A program made the position numbers and the translations under genes. The notes beneath the pieces are model-generated. The model did no database searches, was not told where the DNA came from, and saw only the letters and a program-made list of their open reading frames with translations. A DNA stretch of 64,000 nucleotides from a virus (lineage: Duplodnaviria; Heunggongvirae; Uroviricota; Caudoviricetes), in IMG/VR virus record IMGVR_UViG_3300032270_000270, positions 1 to 64,000 of that record; one strand, written 5' to 3'. Positions within the stretch are counted from its first letter, which is position 1; the number at the start of each line of letters is the position of its first letter. This document shows positions 37,786 to 46,437 of the stretch, piece after piece.

Positions 37786-38502
37786 ATGAATTGGGAGAAA
37801 TTTTCTGATCAGTTTCATCCTTCTTGGCATAGGTTTATGCAACCTTTTATTGAAAGCGAAGCATGTGATAAGATTTATAAATATCTCAAAGCTGAAAGTC
37901 AGAGGGGCAAGAAGATTGCCCCTCTCTCTCAGAATGTTTATAGATGCTTTTATGAGACACCTTATGATGAACTAAAACTAGTCATGGTAGGTATGTGTCC
38001 TTATCACTCTATGAAGAATGGAGAATATGTAGCAGATGGTTTGTTAATGGGCTGTTCAACAACAGGCATATTACAACCATCTCTAATAAAATTCTATGAT
38101 GGTATTGAGAAAGAGATGTTCAATGGTCTTTGCGTAACATGTGAAAGACCACCAGATGTATCATTCTTAGCCAAACAAGGTATCCTTATGTATAATGCAG
38201 CTTTGACTACAGAAATAAATAAAGCAGGCTCTCACATTGATTTGTGGGAACCCTTTACTAAGTATCTGTTTGAAGAAGTGTTGGCTACTACAGGGGTACC
38301 AGTTGTGTTTCTAGGTAAAGATGCAGCTAAATACAAAAAGTATGTTGCACCATTTACATGGGAATTCACAATGAGTCATCCTGCCAGTGCGTCTTATAAA
38401 CAAACTGATTGGGATACAGAAGGCACATTCACAAAAATTAACAAATTATTAAAGGAAAACAACAACCTAGCAATAGATTGGATGTTAGACACACCTTTTT
38501 AA
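37786..38502 (+). CDS. uracil-DNA glycosylase family 1 (UNG) homologue with a substituted catalytic Asp
   Basis: LAKQGILMYNAALTTEINKAGSH, WEPFT, VVFLGKDAAKYKK and HPASAS...IDW align with UNG motifs [41 protein letters not shown] and HPSPLS...IDW. The water-activating loop reads GMCPYH rather than GQDPYH. Confidence 0.75.
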   Translation: MNWEKFSDQFHPSWHRFMQPFIESEACDKIYKYLKAESQRGKKIAPLSQNVYRCFYETPYDELKLVMVGMCPYHSMKNGEYVADGLLMGCSTTGILQPSLIKFYDGIEKEMFNGLCVTCERPPDVSFLAKQGILMYNAALTTEINKAGSHIDLWEPFTKYLFEEVLATTGVPVVFLGKDAAKYKKYVAPFTWEFTMSHPASASYKQTDWDTEGTFTKINKLLKENNNLAIDWMLDTPF

Positions 38503-38514
38503 AAAGACACAATT

Positions 38515-38877
38515 ATGATTAAAGTTAAAAATGGAGGAGACATCCAAAAAGGAGATCTCATAGCAGTGGCTAGTAATAATTATATAAGCATTGGTATTTA
38601 TCTTGGACGAGGACAAGGAGGTACAGTGCAGTATCTATGGCCTGGTTCTGCTTCATCACAAAAGAATTGGCATGGGATACAACTAGGCCAATGGAAAGGT
38701 GATAAACCAATGAAACCACTTGCCATTTCTCAGATGGGTAAGAACTACGTTAATACACCAGATGAGTATAGAATTATGAAATTAAACAGAGAAAACATTA
38801 CAGACCAAGAAACAATAGAAAAACTTCTAGAAGATAAAGAAGTTCTTAAAGAATTTAACATAGACGTAAAATACTAA
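38515..38877 (+). CDS. hypothetical protein (120 aa)
   Basis: ORF only. Confidence 0.4.
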   Translation: MIKVKNGGDIQKGDLIAVASNNYISIGIYLGRGQGGTVQYLWPGSASSQKNWHGIQLGQWKGDKPMKPLAISQMGKNYVNTPDEYRIMKLNRENITDQETIEKLLEDKEVLKEFNIDVKY

Positions 38878-38881
38878 CACA

Positions 38882-41230
38882 ATGATTTTAGAAAAACAAA
38901 CAGAAGCACACATCCTTGAAGAAGGAACAACACAGGAAACTGTGAAAATGTCACTAGACTTAGATTCTGCACAAGTCCTTATGCAGATGTTAAGTAAGAA
39001 TCTATATTCAGATTCAATAGGCTCTACTATCAGAGAATGTGCATCTAATGCACTGGATAGTCACAGAAGAGCTGGATGTGACGAACCTGTTATTGTTTCG
39101 TTTAAAAGAAACAATCAGGCAAATACATATGAATTTGCTGTTGAAGACTTTGGCATTGGCTTAGATGCAGATGATGTGCGTAACATTATCAGTAAGTATG
39201 GTAAGTCAACCAAGCGTAATAGCAATACAGAATTAGGTATGATGGGTCTTGGTTTCAAGGCTCCATTGGCATATAGCTCTAGCTTCTACTTTGTATGTAG
39301 AAAAGATTTTATGGAACGTAAGTATATGATGTATGAGGGAGAAGATACAAACAGTATTGACCTTTTGTATGAAAAGCCTACAGCAGAACCAAATGGTGTA
39401 AAGGTTATTGTTCCAGTGGATTATTCTGATAGATATAATTTCCACAACAAGATTAAAGAACAATTAGCTTATTTTGATAATGTTTACTTTGATGTAGAAC
39501 CAATGGGTAGCTATAATGTTCCTAATGATTTTACAATACATAGAGCTGAACATTTTCAATATTCTCAAATAGCCACTAATAGTGACATGCATTTATGCTT
39601 GGACAATGTTAGTTATCCAATTGACTGGGAGAAGCTTGGTATTGATAGAATACGTATGAAGATGGCTTTGAGATTTAGTCTTAGTGATGGATTATTTCCT
39701 ACACCAAACAGAGAAGCTATTAGATATACTAAAGAAGCTAAAGAAACCATTCTAAAGAAGATAGCTACAGTGGCTAATGTATTTATGGATAAGTTCAACG
39801 AGGCCATCACTACACAAAGTGATATCAAAACTATTATGGAATTCTATAGTCAAAATAGTAAACATATCAAATGCTGGTACAAAGGCACAGAAGATGATAT
39901 TTGTATAGATGATCTTGTACAACATTCTACTGTATCTGTAGCACAGCCTAAACTAGATAACATAAAGCTATTAAACCTAGAAAGACTTGCTGTAAAATCT
40001 AAAGAGTATGTACTTGCTGAGTATAAGTTTAAATATAGATTTACTAATGGTAAGTTTCAAAATAGTAAGAACTATTATTATGAGCATTTGAGAATGTCAG
40101 ATTTAACAGGATATGCTGTTGGTGGTGTATATATTTATGATGATTCCCTTCCTAAAGGTAAGCAAGACTATTTAAGGACTCTTTTACCAGATAATAAAAC
40201 TAGTTATTTTGTTAAGAAATCAGCATTTAAGCTTAGAAGCAAGACTGGTCAAATAGATTATGCTAAATACTATGACTCTGTGTTAAATTTAGGAATGTAT
40301 CCTAAAACTCAATGGAGACAGCTTATTCAAGAGTTTCAATATGTAGTGGGATTATATGCTAAGGATTTTATAGATGTAGATGCTATTGATGTACCACAAT
40401 CATTCAAGGATGCTCAGAAAGCTAAAAGAATGAAGGTAACAATTGCAGCTGTAGCAGGTCCTAAGAAGGTTAGACTAAAAGGTGAATTCTCTGGTAAGGT
40501 GGGTACACAAATGTCAATTAGTTTATCTGATCAATATTGTAAGTTTGTTCCTACTACATATAAAATGGAGGACATTCATAAATTGACAAGATTAATGGTT
40601 TATGGTAAAGAAGCTGATAAGAAGAAAATGGACAATGCTTGGTCTTGTTTTAATCATCATGCATCATTTGTAATAGTAGCCCAAGCAACCTATGATAACT
40701 TACAGAAAGCTGATTTACATAACTGGATAACAATAGATAAATTTATGGAAGGTAAAAACAGACCATTTAAAACAATAGCTACAGAGTTTCTAATTAGGGA
40801 TTTGATTGAAACATATAGTGATACATTTAAAAGAATCAATACAGTTAGAGATGTATCTATTGATTTAGCAGATAAATTACAGACATTACATCAATATCAT
40901 AATAGCCAGTATAGAAGTTATTGTGATGCTGACACTAGAAAAGCAGTTATAGAACATGCCATAGCAAACAATTTATTTGACCAACCTACATATTTAGTGT
41001 ACAAACAGGTTAATGAAGTGTTTACTAAGCTACCATTCTTAGATGCTATATTAGGTACAATGGGTTATAGTAATGTTAAACAAAATCCATTGATAGCAGC
41101 CATAGTTGATTTATTCAAATATCACAAACATAGAGTAAACCTAGAGCATTACAAGCTCATATTAACAGAAGATGCTCCTTTAGAGGAAGTATTAACACAA
41201 GACACAATTACAGAATTAGAAACAATTTAA
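38882..41230 (+). CDS. GHKL (Hsp90/MORC-like HATPase) domain protein, 782 aa
   Basis: N-box IRECASNALDS. G1 VEDFGIGLD. ISKYGKSTKRNSNTELGMMGLGFKAPLAYS parallels Hsp90 TIAKSGTK...IGQFGVGFYSAYLV. The long C-terminal region has no recognisable motif. Confidence 0.5.
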   Translation: MILEKQTEAHILEEGTTQETVKMSLDLDSAQVLMQMLSKNLYSDSIGSTIRECASNALDSHRRAGCDEPVIVSFKRNNQANTYEFAVEDFGIGLDADDVRNIISKYGKSTKRNSNTELGMMGLGFKAPLAYSSSFYFVCRKDFMERKYMMYEGEDTNSIDLLYEKPTAEPNGVKVIVPVDYSDRYNFHNKIKEQLAYFDNVYFDVEPMGSYNVPNDFTIHRAEHFQYSQIATNSDMHLCLDNVSYPIDWEKLGIDRIRMKMALRFSLSDGLFPTPNREAIRYTKEAKETILKKIATVANVFMDKFNEAITTQSDIKTIMEFYSQNSKHIKCWYKGTEDDICIDDLVQHSTVSVAQPKLDNIKLLNLERLAVKSKEYVLAEYKFKYRFTNGKFQNSKNYYYEHLRMSDLTGYAVGGVYIYDDSLPKGKQDYLRTLLPDNKTSYFVKKSAFKLRSKTGQIDYAKYYDSVLNLGMYPKTQWRQLIQEFQYVVGLYAKDFIDVDAIDVPQSFKDAQKAKRMKVTIAAVAGPKKVRLKGEFSGKVGTQMSISLSDQYCKFVPTTYKMEDIHKLTRLMVYGKEADKKKMDNAWSCFNHHASFVIVAQATYDNLQKADLHNWITIDKFMEGKNRPFKTIATEFLIRDLIETYSDTFKRINTVRDVSIDLADKLQTLHQYHNSQYRSYCDADTRKAVIEHAIANNLFDQPTYLVYKQVNEVFTKLPFLDAILGTMGYSNVKQNPLIAAIVDLFKYHKHRVNLEHYKLILTEDAPLEEVLTQDTITELETI

Positions 41231-41240
41231 AAAGAAAAAC

Positions 41241-42716
41241 ATGCTAAGTTTGAAATGGTTTAAAGGTGCTATTGAACGCACAATTGAAAAGGTAGTAGAA
41301 AACAAAATTGAGCAGGCTTTTAACCAGTTGGATAATGAGGAGGGGCAGACAGCCCCTTCTTATCATTCTTCAGGAAAGCCCTATCTAAACATTAAAATGG
41401 TTAATGATACATTGACTATTGTAATGAACGATGGTAATATCATTACCAAAGCTCCAGCAACATCAGAACATTTCAATGCTGCTAGAGATTGTAAAACAGA
41501 AGCTTGTCTATTTGATCTTGTGAGCACACAGGAAATAAAAGATGAGAGAAGAAAAGCTGAAGCTGAGTATGAGAAAATTAAGGCTATTCAAAGAGGTGCT
41601 GAATTCTTAGCTACACTAAAAGAATTTGAGATGAAAGATGGTTCTCTTTATTTAAAGGGTATCAACAGAAGTCTACCTCAATTACTAGTGGAAGAATTCT
41701 TAGAAGTGATTGGTAAACATGGTAATACAGACAATGACGAATTCAATGCTTTGCATAGATTCTTTATGTGGTGTTGCTTGAATCCAAGAGCTGAGGTTGC
41801 AAATGATCTATTCAACTTCTTAAAGAAGAATAGCTTCAGCATCACCAAACAAGGCTTCTTTGTAGCTTTGAGAAATGTAGTTACATTGCATGGTTCTACA
41901 GAATTAGTACACTTTGTGTCTAATGCATATAATAAAGTGAAGGCTGTATGGAAGAAGAAGCCTGATGATTATTTAGTATTCTTACAGAATGGTGAATACA
42001 AAATGGTTCCTAAATCTATATTTGAAGAACTAGAACCATGTGTACATTGTGATGAGAATGGAAACGTTCCTTGTGAGGATTCTGACTTTGATGATTGGGA
42101 CGATAGTTGTGAGTGTCCAGAATGTTCTGGTTCAGGTACAGTTTATGCATATGATAAAGCTGATTATGGTGAAGAGATTGGTGGCTTAACTGAGCTTTAT
42201 CTTGATCTTCCTAATAGAGCAGAGAATAGATTTACAGATGCTCACACAAGAACATTTGACATCAGAATTGGTAGACCAGTGAATATGCCTATGGAAGAGT
42301 GTAATTGGTCAAGAGCAGACTGTGCACATGCAGGATTACATTTCACTAGTGATGAGATTCATTATGTAGGCTGTGGTGATACAAGTGTTCTTATACTTAT
42401 CAACCCAATGAAGGTTGTAGGTATTGGTGAGTCTAAGGGTAGATGTTATGAGTATTTACCAATTATGACTGTGCCTCGTGAAGAAGCAACAGAAATCTTA
42501 CATGACCTTGACTTTGATACATTAGAGTTAGATGAGTCTTATGCTGTACGTGAGTTGGATAACTTGGCTGAGAAAGCTAAAGAAGGATTCACAGCTGAAG
42601 CTAAGAAGCATGATTTTAACTTACCAGCTCTTTCTGCTGTAGAAGTGTATACAATTATTAAGAGTCTTGATGAAATAAAGCAAGAAATATCTAAAAGAAT
42701 TGTAAAAATTGATTAA
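41241..42716 (+). CDS. hypothetical protein with a Cys cluster (491 aa)
   Basis: CVHCDENGNVPCEDSDFDDWDDSCECPEC zinc-ribbon-like cluster. Shares a 10-nt intergenic gap with the GHKL gene. Confidence 0.45.
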   Translation: MLSLKWFKGAIERTIEKVVENKIEQAFNQLDNEEGQTAPSYHSSGKPYLNIKMVNDTLTIVMNDGNIITKAPATSEHFNAARDCKTEACLFDLVSTQEIKDERRKAEAEYEKIKAIQRGAEFLATLKEFEMKDGSLYLKGINRSLPQLLVEEFLEVIGKHGNTDNDEFNALHRFFMWCCLNPRAEVANDLFNFLKKNSFSITKQGFFVALRNVVTLHGSTELVHFVSNAYNKVKAVWKKKPDDYLVFLQNGEYKMVPKSIFEELEPCVHCDENGNVPCEDSDFDDWDDSCECPECSGSGTVYAYDKADYGEEIGGLTELYLDLPNRAENRFTDAHTRTFDIRIGRPVNMPMEECNWSRADCAHAGLHFTSDEIHYVGCGDTSVLILINPMKVVGIGESKGRCYEYLPIMTVPREEATEILHDLDFDTLELDESYAVRELDNLAEKAKEGFTAEAKKHDFNLPALSAVEVYTIIKSLDEIKQEISKRIVKID

Positions 42717-42724
42717 ATTTGTAT

Positions 42725-42755
42725 TCCCAGGGGTAACACCCTGGGATTATATTTA
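42725..42755 (+). terminator. rho-independent terminator
   Basis: TCCCAGGG-gtaaca-CCCTGGGA 8-bp stem followed by ttatattt. Confidence 0.6.
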
Positions 42756-42759
42756 AACT

Positions 42760-43182
42760 ATGATAAAAAACGCAACAAAGAGAATCTCTAAAACACCTAG
42801 AAGGGTAGTAAATAAACCAAGATGTGCTGGAACTATGACAGAATCAGCATTCTGGAGCTTTATACGCAGTGCACTTAGACAGAAGTCTAGATTTTGGAAG
42901 CCTATTACAGAATGTAAGCTTAAAGCACGCAGACTGTACAAGGGTATAAACAAGAGACAAAAGTATGAGTATCAATGCAATATGTGTAAACATTGGTATA
43001 TAGAGAAGAAGATTAATGTTGATCACATCCATCCTGCAGGTAGTTTGATGAGTTCAAAAGACTTACCAGGATTTGTAGAGAGACTATTCTGTGAGGTGGA
43101 CAACTTACAAGTCTTATGTGAAAAATGCCACGACAAAAAAACAAAAGCAGATAAACATGAAAAGGACAATCTTAAAACTTAA
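42760..43182 (+). CDS. HNH endonuclease
   Basis: CNMC...VDHIHP...DNLQVLCEKCHDKK. Confidence 0.65.
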   Translation: MIKNATKRISKTPRRVVNKPRCAGTMTESAFWSFIRSALRQKSRFWKPITECKLKARRLYKGINKRQKYEYQCNMCKHWYIEKKINVDHIHPAGSLMSSKDLPGFVERLFCEVDNLQVLCEKCHDKKTKADKHEKDNLKT

Positions 43183-43405
43183 TGACAAAAAGTATGCTGA
43201 TCTAATTGATCACAGTGTAAGAGAATGTATTCAAAAGAAGGAGAATTATGACGTTGAATACAAAGGTAAGGTGATGACTCTCACCCCAGAAGAACTCAAA
43301 ACAAAATGTGTTGGCAGACAGTATATTGCTGTACCAAAGTATGGTGATAGACCATATCATTTGCTATCCTATATTTGGGAACCCACTAAAATAACAGAGA
43401 AATGA
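43157..43405 (+). CDS. hypothetical protein (internal ATG of track ORF 43091..43405)
   Basis: MKRTILKLNDKK... start just inside the stop region of the HNH gene. Confidence 0.3.
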   Translation: MKRTILKLNDKKYADLIDHSVRECIQKKENYDVEYKGKVMTLTPEELKTKCVGRQYIAVPKYGDRPYHLLSYIWEPTKITEK

Positions 43406-43683
43406 GTGACGAAAAACAATTAACAGTAACTATTAATAGACAGCCATCATTCACTGAAATATGGCATGAAGGATCTGTTGAATTTAATGGCAGAACTTTT
43501 ATGTTCTGGCTTATTAATCCAAGAGGACTTGATGACCAAGGACGTGAGTATGAAATGGAAGTAAGATGGTGGTTCAAACAGGTACCAATGGAAGTAAGAA
43601 AACTAAGTGATCAAATTATTAACGATTTTAAAGACGCAAAAGATGATAGTTCAAACAGTACACGAAATTCTAAATCCATTTGA
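43402..43683 (+). CDS. hypothetical protein (93 aa)
   Basis: ORF only. Confidence 0.35.
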   Translation: MSDEKQLTVTINRQPSFTEIWHEGSVEFNGRTFMFWLINPRGLDDQGREYEMEVRWWFKQVPMEVRKLSDQIINDFKDAKDDSSNSTRNSKSI

Positions 43684-43929
43684 TGTAGAAGTTAAACAAT
43701 TAGGGTATGCTGTGGCATTATTCATGATTGTAGGTAGTATTCATTCTAATCCTCAGTTTATTGTAAGATTTTATAACACAGGACAGCTTAGAACTGTTGA
43801 TCAAAATGATCTTTCTGTATATGGTAATCCCACTGCAGGAGAAGATTTGATTCCAGATCCTGATGTTGTAAGTAAACTACCAGCAAACGCAAGAAGAAAC
43901 ACAGATTTTTTAAATAAACAAAAAGACAA

Positions 43930-44973
43930 ATGATACAAGGAACAGTAAAAACAGAAGCTCAATATAGAGCAATCTATCTAGACAGTAGTTCTAGCCTAAA
44001 GGACTTCTCCACAGATAGGAGAAAGTACCACAAGAAATATATCCTTAACGAAGTAGTTGAGGATGAGGACAGTAAAGCTGCTACAATGGGTAGAATGGTG
44101 GAAACATTATTGATGGAACCACATTTATTTGATGAAAGATTTTATGTATCTACATGTCTTGCTACACCAACTAATTTAATGTTAGAGTTTGTAGAAGCAT
44201 TATATAGACACACTGTAGAAGCTACATCTGAAGAAGGTACAGTGACTAGAAGCTTTGAAGACATGTGTAAAGATGCTCATGCAGAATCAGGATTCAAGAT
44301 TAAACTTGATGCTGTATTGACTAAGTTTATAGGATCTGATGCTGAGGTATATTACAAAGAGATTAGAGAAGTTAGACCTAAACATCTTACAGTGGTAGCT
44401 GCACAAGAGATTGCAAACGCTGAAAAGATAGTGATAGAACTAAAGACTAACCCTACCACAGCAGAGATTGTAAACTTAGTAAATGATGTACAATATTCTG
44501 TACATAATCAGTTACAGGTAGAAGGTTATGAAGTATTTGGTCATACGTTTAAGAGCATGATGGACAAGGTGATTCTAGATCATAAGTCAAAGACAGTACA
44601 AGTGTATGATCTTAAATGTACATGGTCTGTAGAAAACTTCTATAGTGAGTATTATCTTTACAGAAGAGCTTACATTCAAGGTTATTTGTATTGGATAGCT
44701 ACAGCATCTTGGGCTAGTGAAATGGGATATGGAGATTATGAAATTCTCTTACCTAAGTTTATTGTTTGTGACAGCACAAACTATATGAATCCACTAGTAT
44801 ATTCAATGACTAAAGAATCTATGGCTAAAGCTATAGTTGGTTTTGAATACAAAGGAAGAGAATATCCAGGTGTTGAACAACTCATTGGAGACCTTAAATG
44901 GGCTTTAGATAATGATGTGTGGAACATTTCAAGAGAGAATCATATTAATAATGGGGTTGTAAAACTAGGATAA
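43930..44973 (+). CDS. hypothetical protein, possible PD-(D/E)xK nuclease
   Basis: DKVILDHKSKTVQVYDLKCT resembles the D...(D/E)xK core. Weak. Confidence 0.35.
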   Translation: MIQGTVKTEAQYRAIYLDSSSSLKDFSTDRRKYHKKYILNEVVEDEDSKAATMGRMVETLLMEPHLFDERFYVSTCLATPTNLMLEFVEALYRHTVEATSEEGTVTRSFEDMCKDAHAESGFKIKLDAVLTKFIGSDAEVYYKEIREVRPKHLTVVAAQEIANAEKIVIELKTNPTTAEIVNLVNDVQYSVHNQLQVEGYEVFGHTFKSMMDKVILDHKSKTVQVYDLKCTWSVENFYSEYYLYRRAYIQGYLYWIATASWASEMGYGDYEILLPKFIVCDSTNYMNPLVYSMTKESMAKAIVGFEYKGREYPGVEQLIGDLKWALDNDVWNISRENHINNGVVKLG

Positions 44974-44980
44974 AACACAT

Positions 44981-45532
44981 ATGGAGAGAAAGCACACAAT
45001 CACTAGCATATTCATTGTCCCAACTCTTAGCATTGGCAAAGAGAAACTATTGGACAATGGATTTGTAAATGGATATATAAAAGATGTAAAGAGAGATATA
45101 CAGTATGAAAATGCTGTGTATCTTTTATTTAAGCCAGAAGACTTGGATAAGTTTAGAAACTTTTTAGATAATGAATACGAACGCACCAAGTCAATCATAG
45201 ATGACTATGATTATGAAGATGGCTATGTAGTGGTTGTCTACGAAATTAATCCTAGACTTAAAGGAGATATAGAATTAGTAAAACAAGGCAAATATTCTCA
45301 AACTTCACCTGCTTTCCAAGGAATTTTCCCTAAAGTTGTACAAATTAAGAAGAATGGACTGCGTAGAGATGAGATATCTCTGCAGTACAGAGTCTTTAAT
45401 AAGACAGAAGACCTTGTAAAATTTTGGGAAGATAAATTAGATATAAACCTTCCAAGCGATGTAGAAGTTTGGTATGGTTTCTTTGATGACTTTGAAACAT
45501 TAGACCTTGATAAAATTAAAGAACATGTATAA
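44981..45532 (+). CDS. hypothetical protein (183 aa)
   Basis: ORF only. Confidence 0.4.
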   Translation: MERKHTITSIFIVPTLSIGKEKLLDNGFVNGYIKDVKRDIQYENAVYLLFKPEDLDKFRNFLDNEYERTKSIIDDYDYEDGYVVVVYEINPRLKGDIELVKQGKYSQTSPAFQGIFPKVVQIKKNGLRRDEISLQYRVFNKTEDLVKFWEDKLDINLPSDVEVWYGFFDDFETLDLDKIKEHV

Positions 45533-45731
45533 CAGTGATATACTAGACCATCTAATCAGTAAATATGGTATAGATGATGTAATTAAATTCTGTGATATGG
45601 AGAGTGAAAAGAACTCTCTCCTAGCACAGTCAGTAGATGAAGACAAGCAGCACCACCCAGAACCTAACGAATGGAAGTTTGAGAGGGATTGGTGGGCTAA
45701 CAGTGGTAAACAATTAAAACAAAGAATATGA
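45507..45731 (+). CDS. hypothetical protein (74 aa)
   Basis: ORF only. Confidence 0.3.
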   Translation: MIKLKNMYNSDILDHLISKYGIDDVIKFCDMESEKNSLLAQSVDEDKQHHPEPNEWKFERDWWANSGKQLKQRI

Positions 45732-46105
45732 CAGGAGCAGAACTATTAGAAACCTATCCCAAAGCAGCTAAGGTTATAAGTGAGTTTTACAATAATAAAC
45801 TTATAGACTCTATGAATGATTCTTCTGAAGGAGTTTCAGAAGAGTTTAAAGATATGCTAAAACAACAAAGCTTTGATAATGAATATGTTGCAGCATTTAT
45901 AGATTCAAACCCTAGGTTTTTGTTTGATGTATTTGATGAAAATGATATTTATATCAACGTTACAGCTTTTCCTAATAGCTTGTTTCATTACTCTATAGTA
46001 GGTGATATAGCAGAAGTTGGATCAGCAGAAACATTTTTTACCAGAATAGAAGCTGAGAAATTAGTTATTAAAGAAGCATTTCAAATCTTAAATAACAAGC
46101 TATGA
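45728..46105 (+). CDS. hypothetical protein (125 aa)
   Basis: ORF only. Confidence 0.35.
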   Translation: MTGAELLETYPKAAKVISEFYNNKLIDSMNDSSEGVSEEFKDMLKQQSFDNEYVAAFIDSNPRFLFDVFDENDIYINVTAFPNSLFHYSIVGDIAEVGSAETFFTRIEAEKLVIKEAFQILNNKL

Positions 46106-46353
46106 GAGATCAAATAGTAGAAGATGTTGTTGACAAATATTTAGAGAGAAGTCAAATAGGGATTACCAAGTATGGCACCACTCTAGAGACTAACAATAAG
46201 GATAATTATCTTAAGCATCTACAGGAAGAATTGATGGATGCTACGCTCTATTTACAGAAATTAATGAGCTTAGATAAGGAACTAACTAAATTAGTTAGAG
46301 ACCATCCAAACAATGCAGAATTAGGAATGAAAATAAGAAATTTAGTTAGTTAG
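46102..46353 (+). CDS. hypothetical protein (83 aa)
   Basis: ORF only. Confidence 0.35.
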   Translation: MRDQIVEDVVDKYLERSQIGITKYGTTLETNNKDNYLKHLQEELMDATLYLQKLMSLDKELTKLVRDHPNNAELGMKIRNLVS

Positions 46354-46379
46354 AATTTTCAAATTCTCTTGGTTTATTA

Positions 46380-46416
46380 GAAGGGTTGCAGTAGATTTGC
46401 AGCCCTTCATTTTTTA
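46380..46416 (+). terminator. rho-independent terminator
   Basis: GAAGGGTTGCA-gtagatt-TGCAGCCCTTC 11-bp stem (one GU pair), then attttttaac. Confidence 0.7.
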
Positions 46417-46437
46417 ACTAATAAAACACAAATTAAC

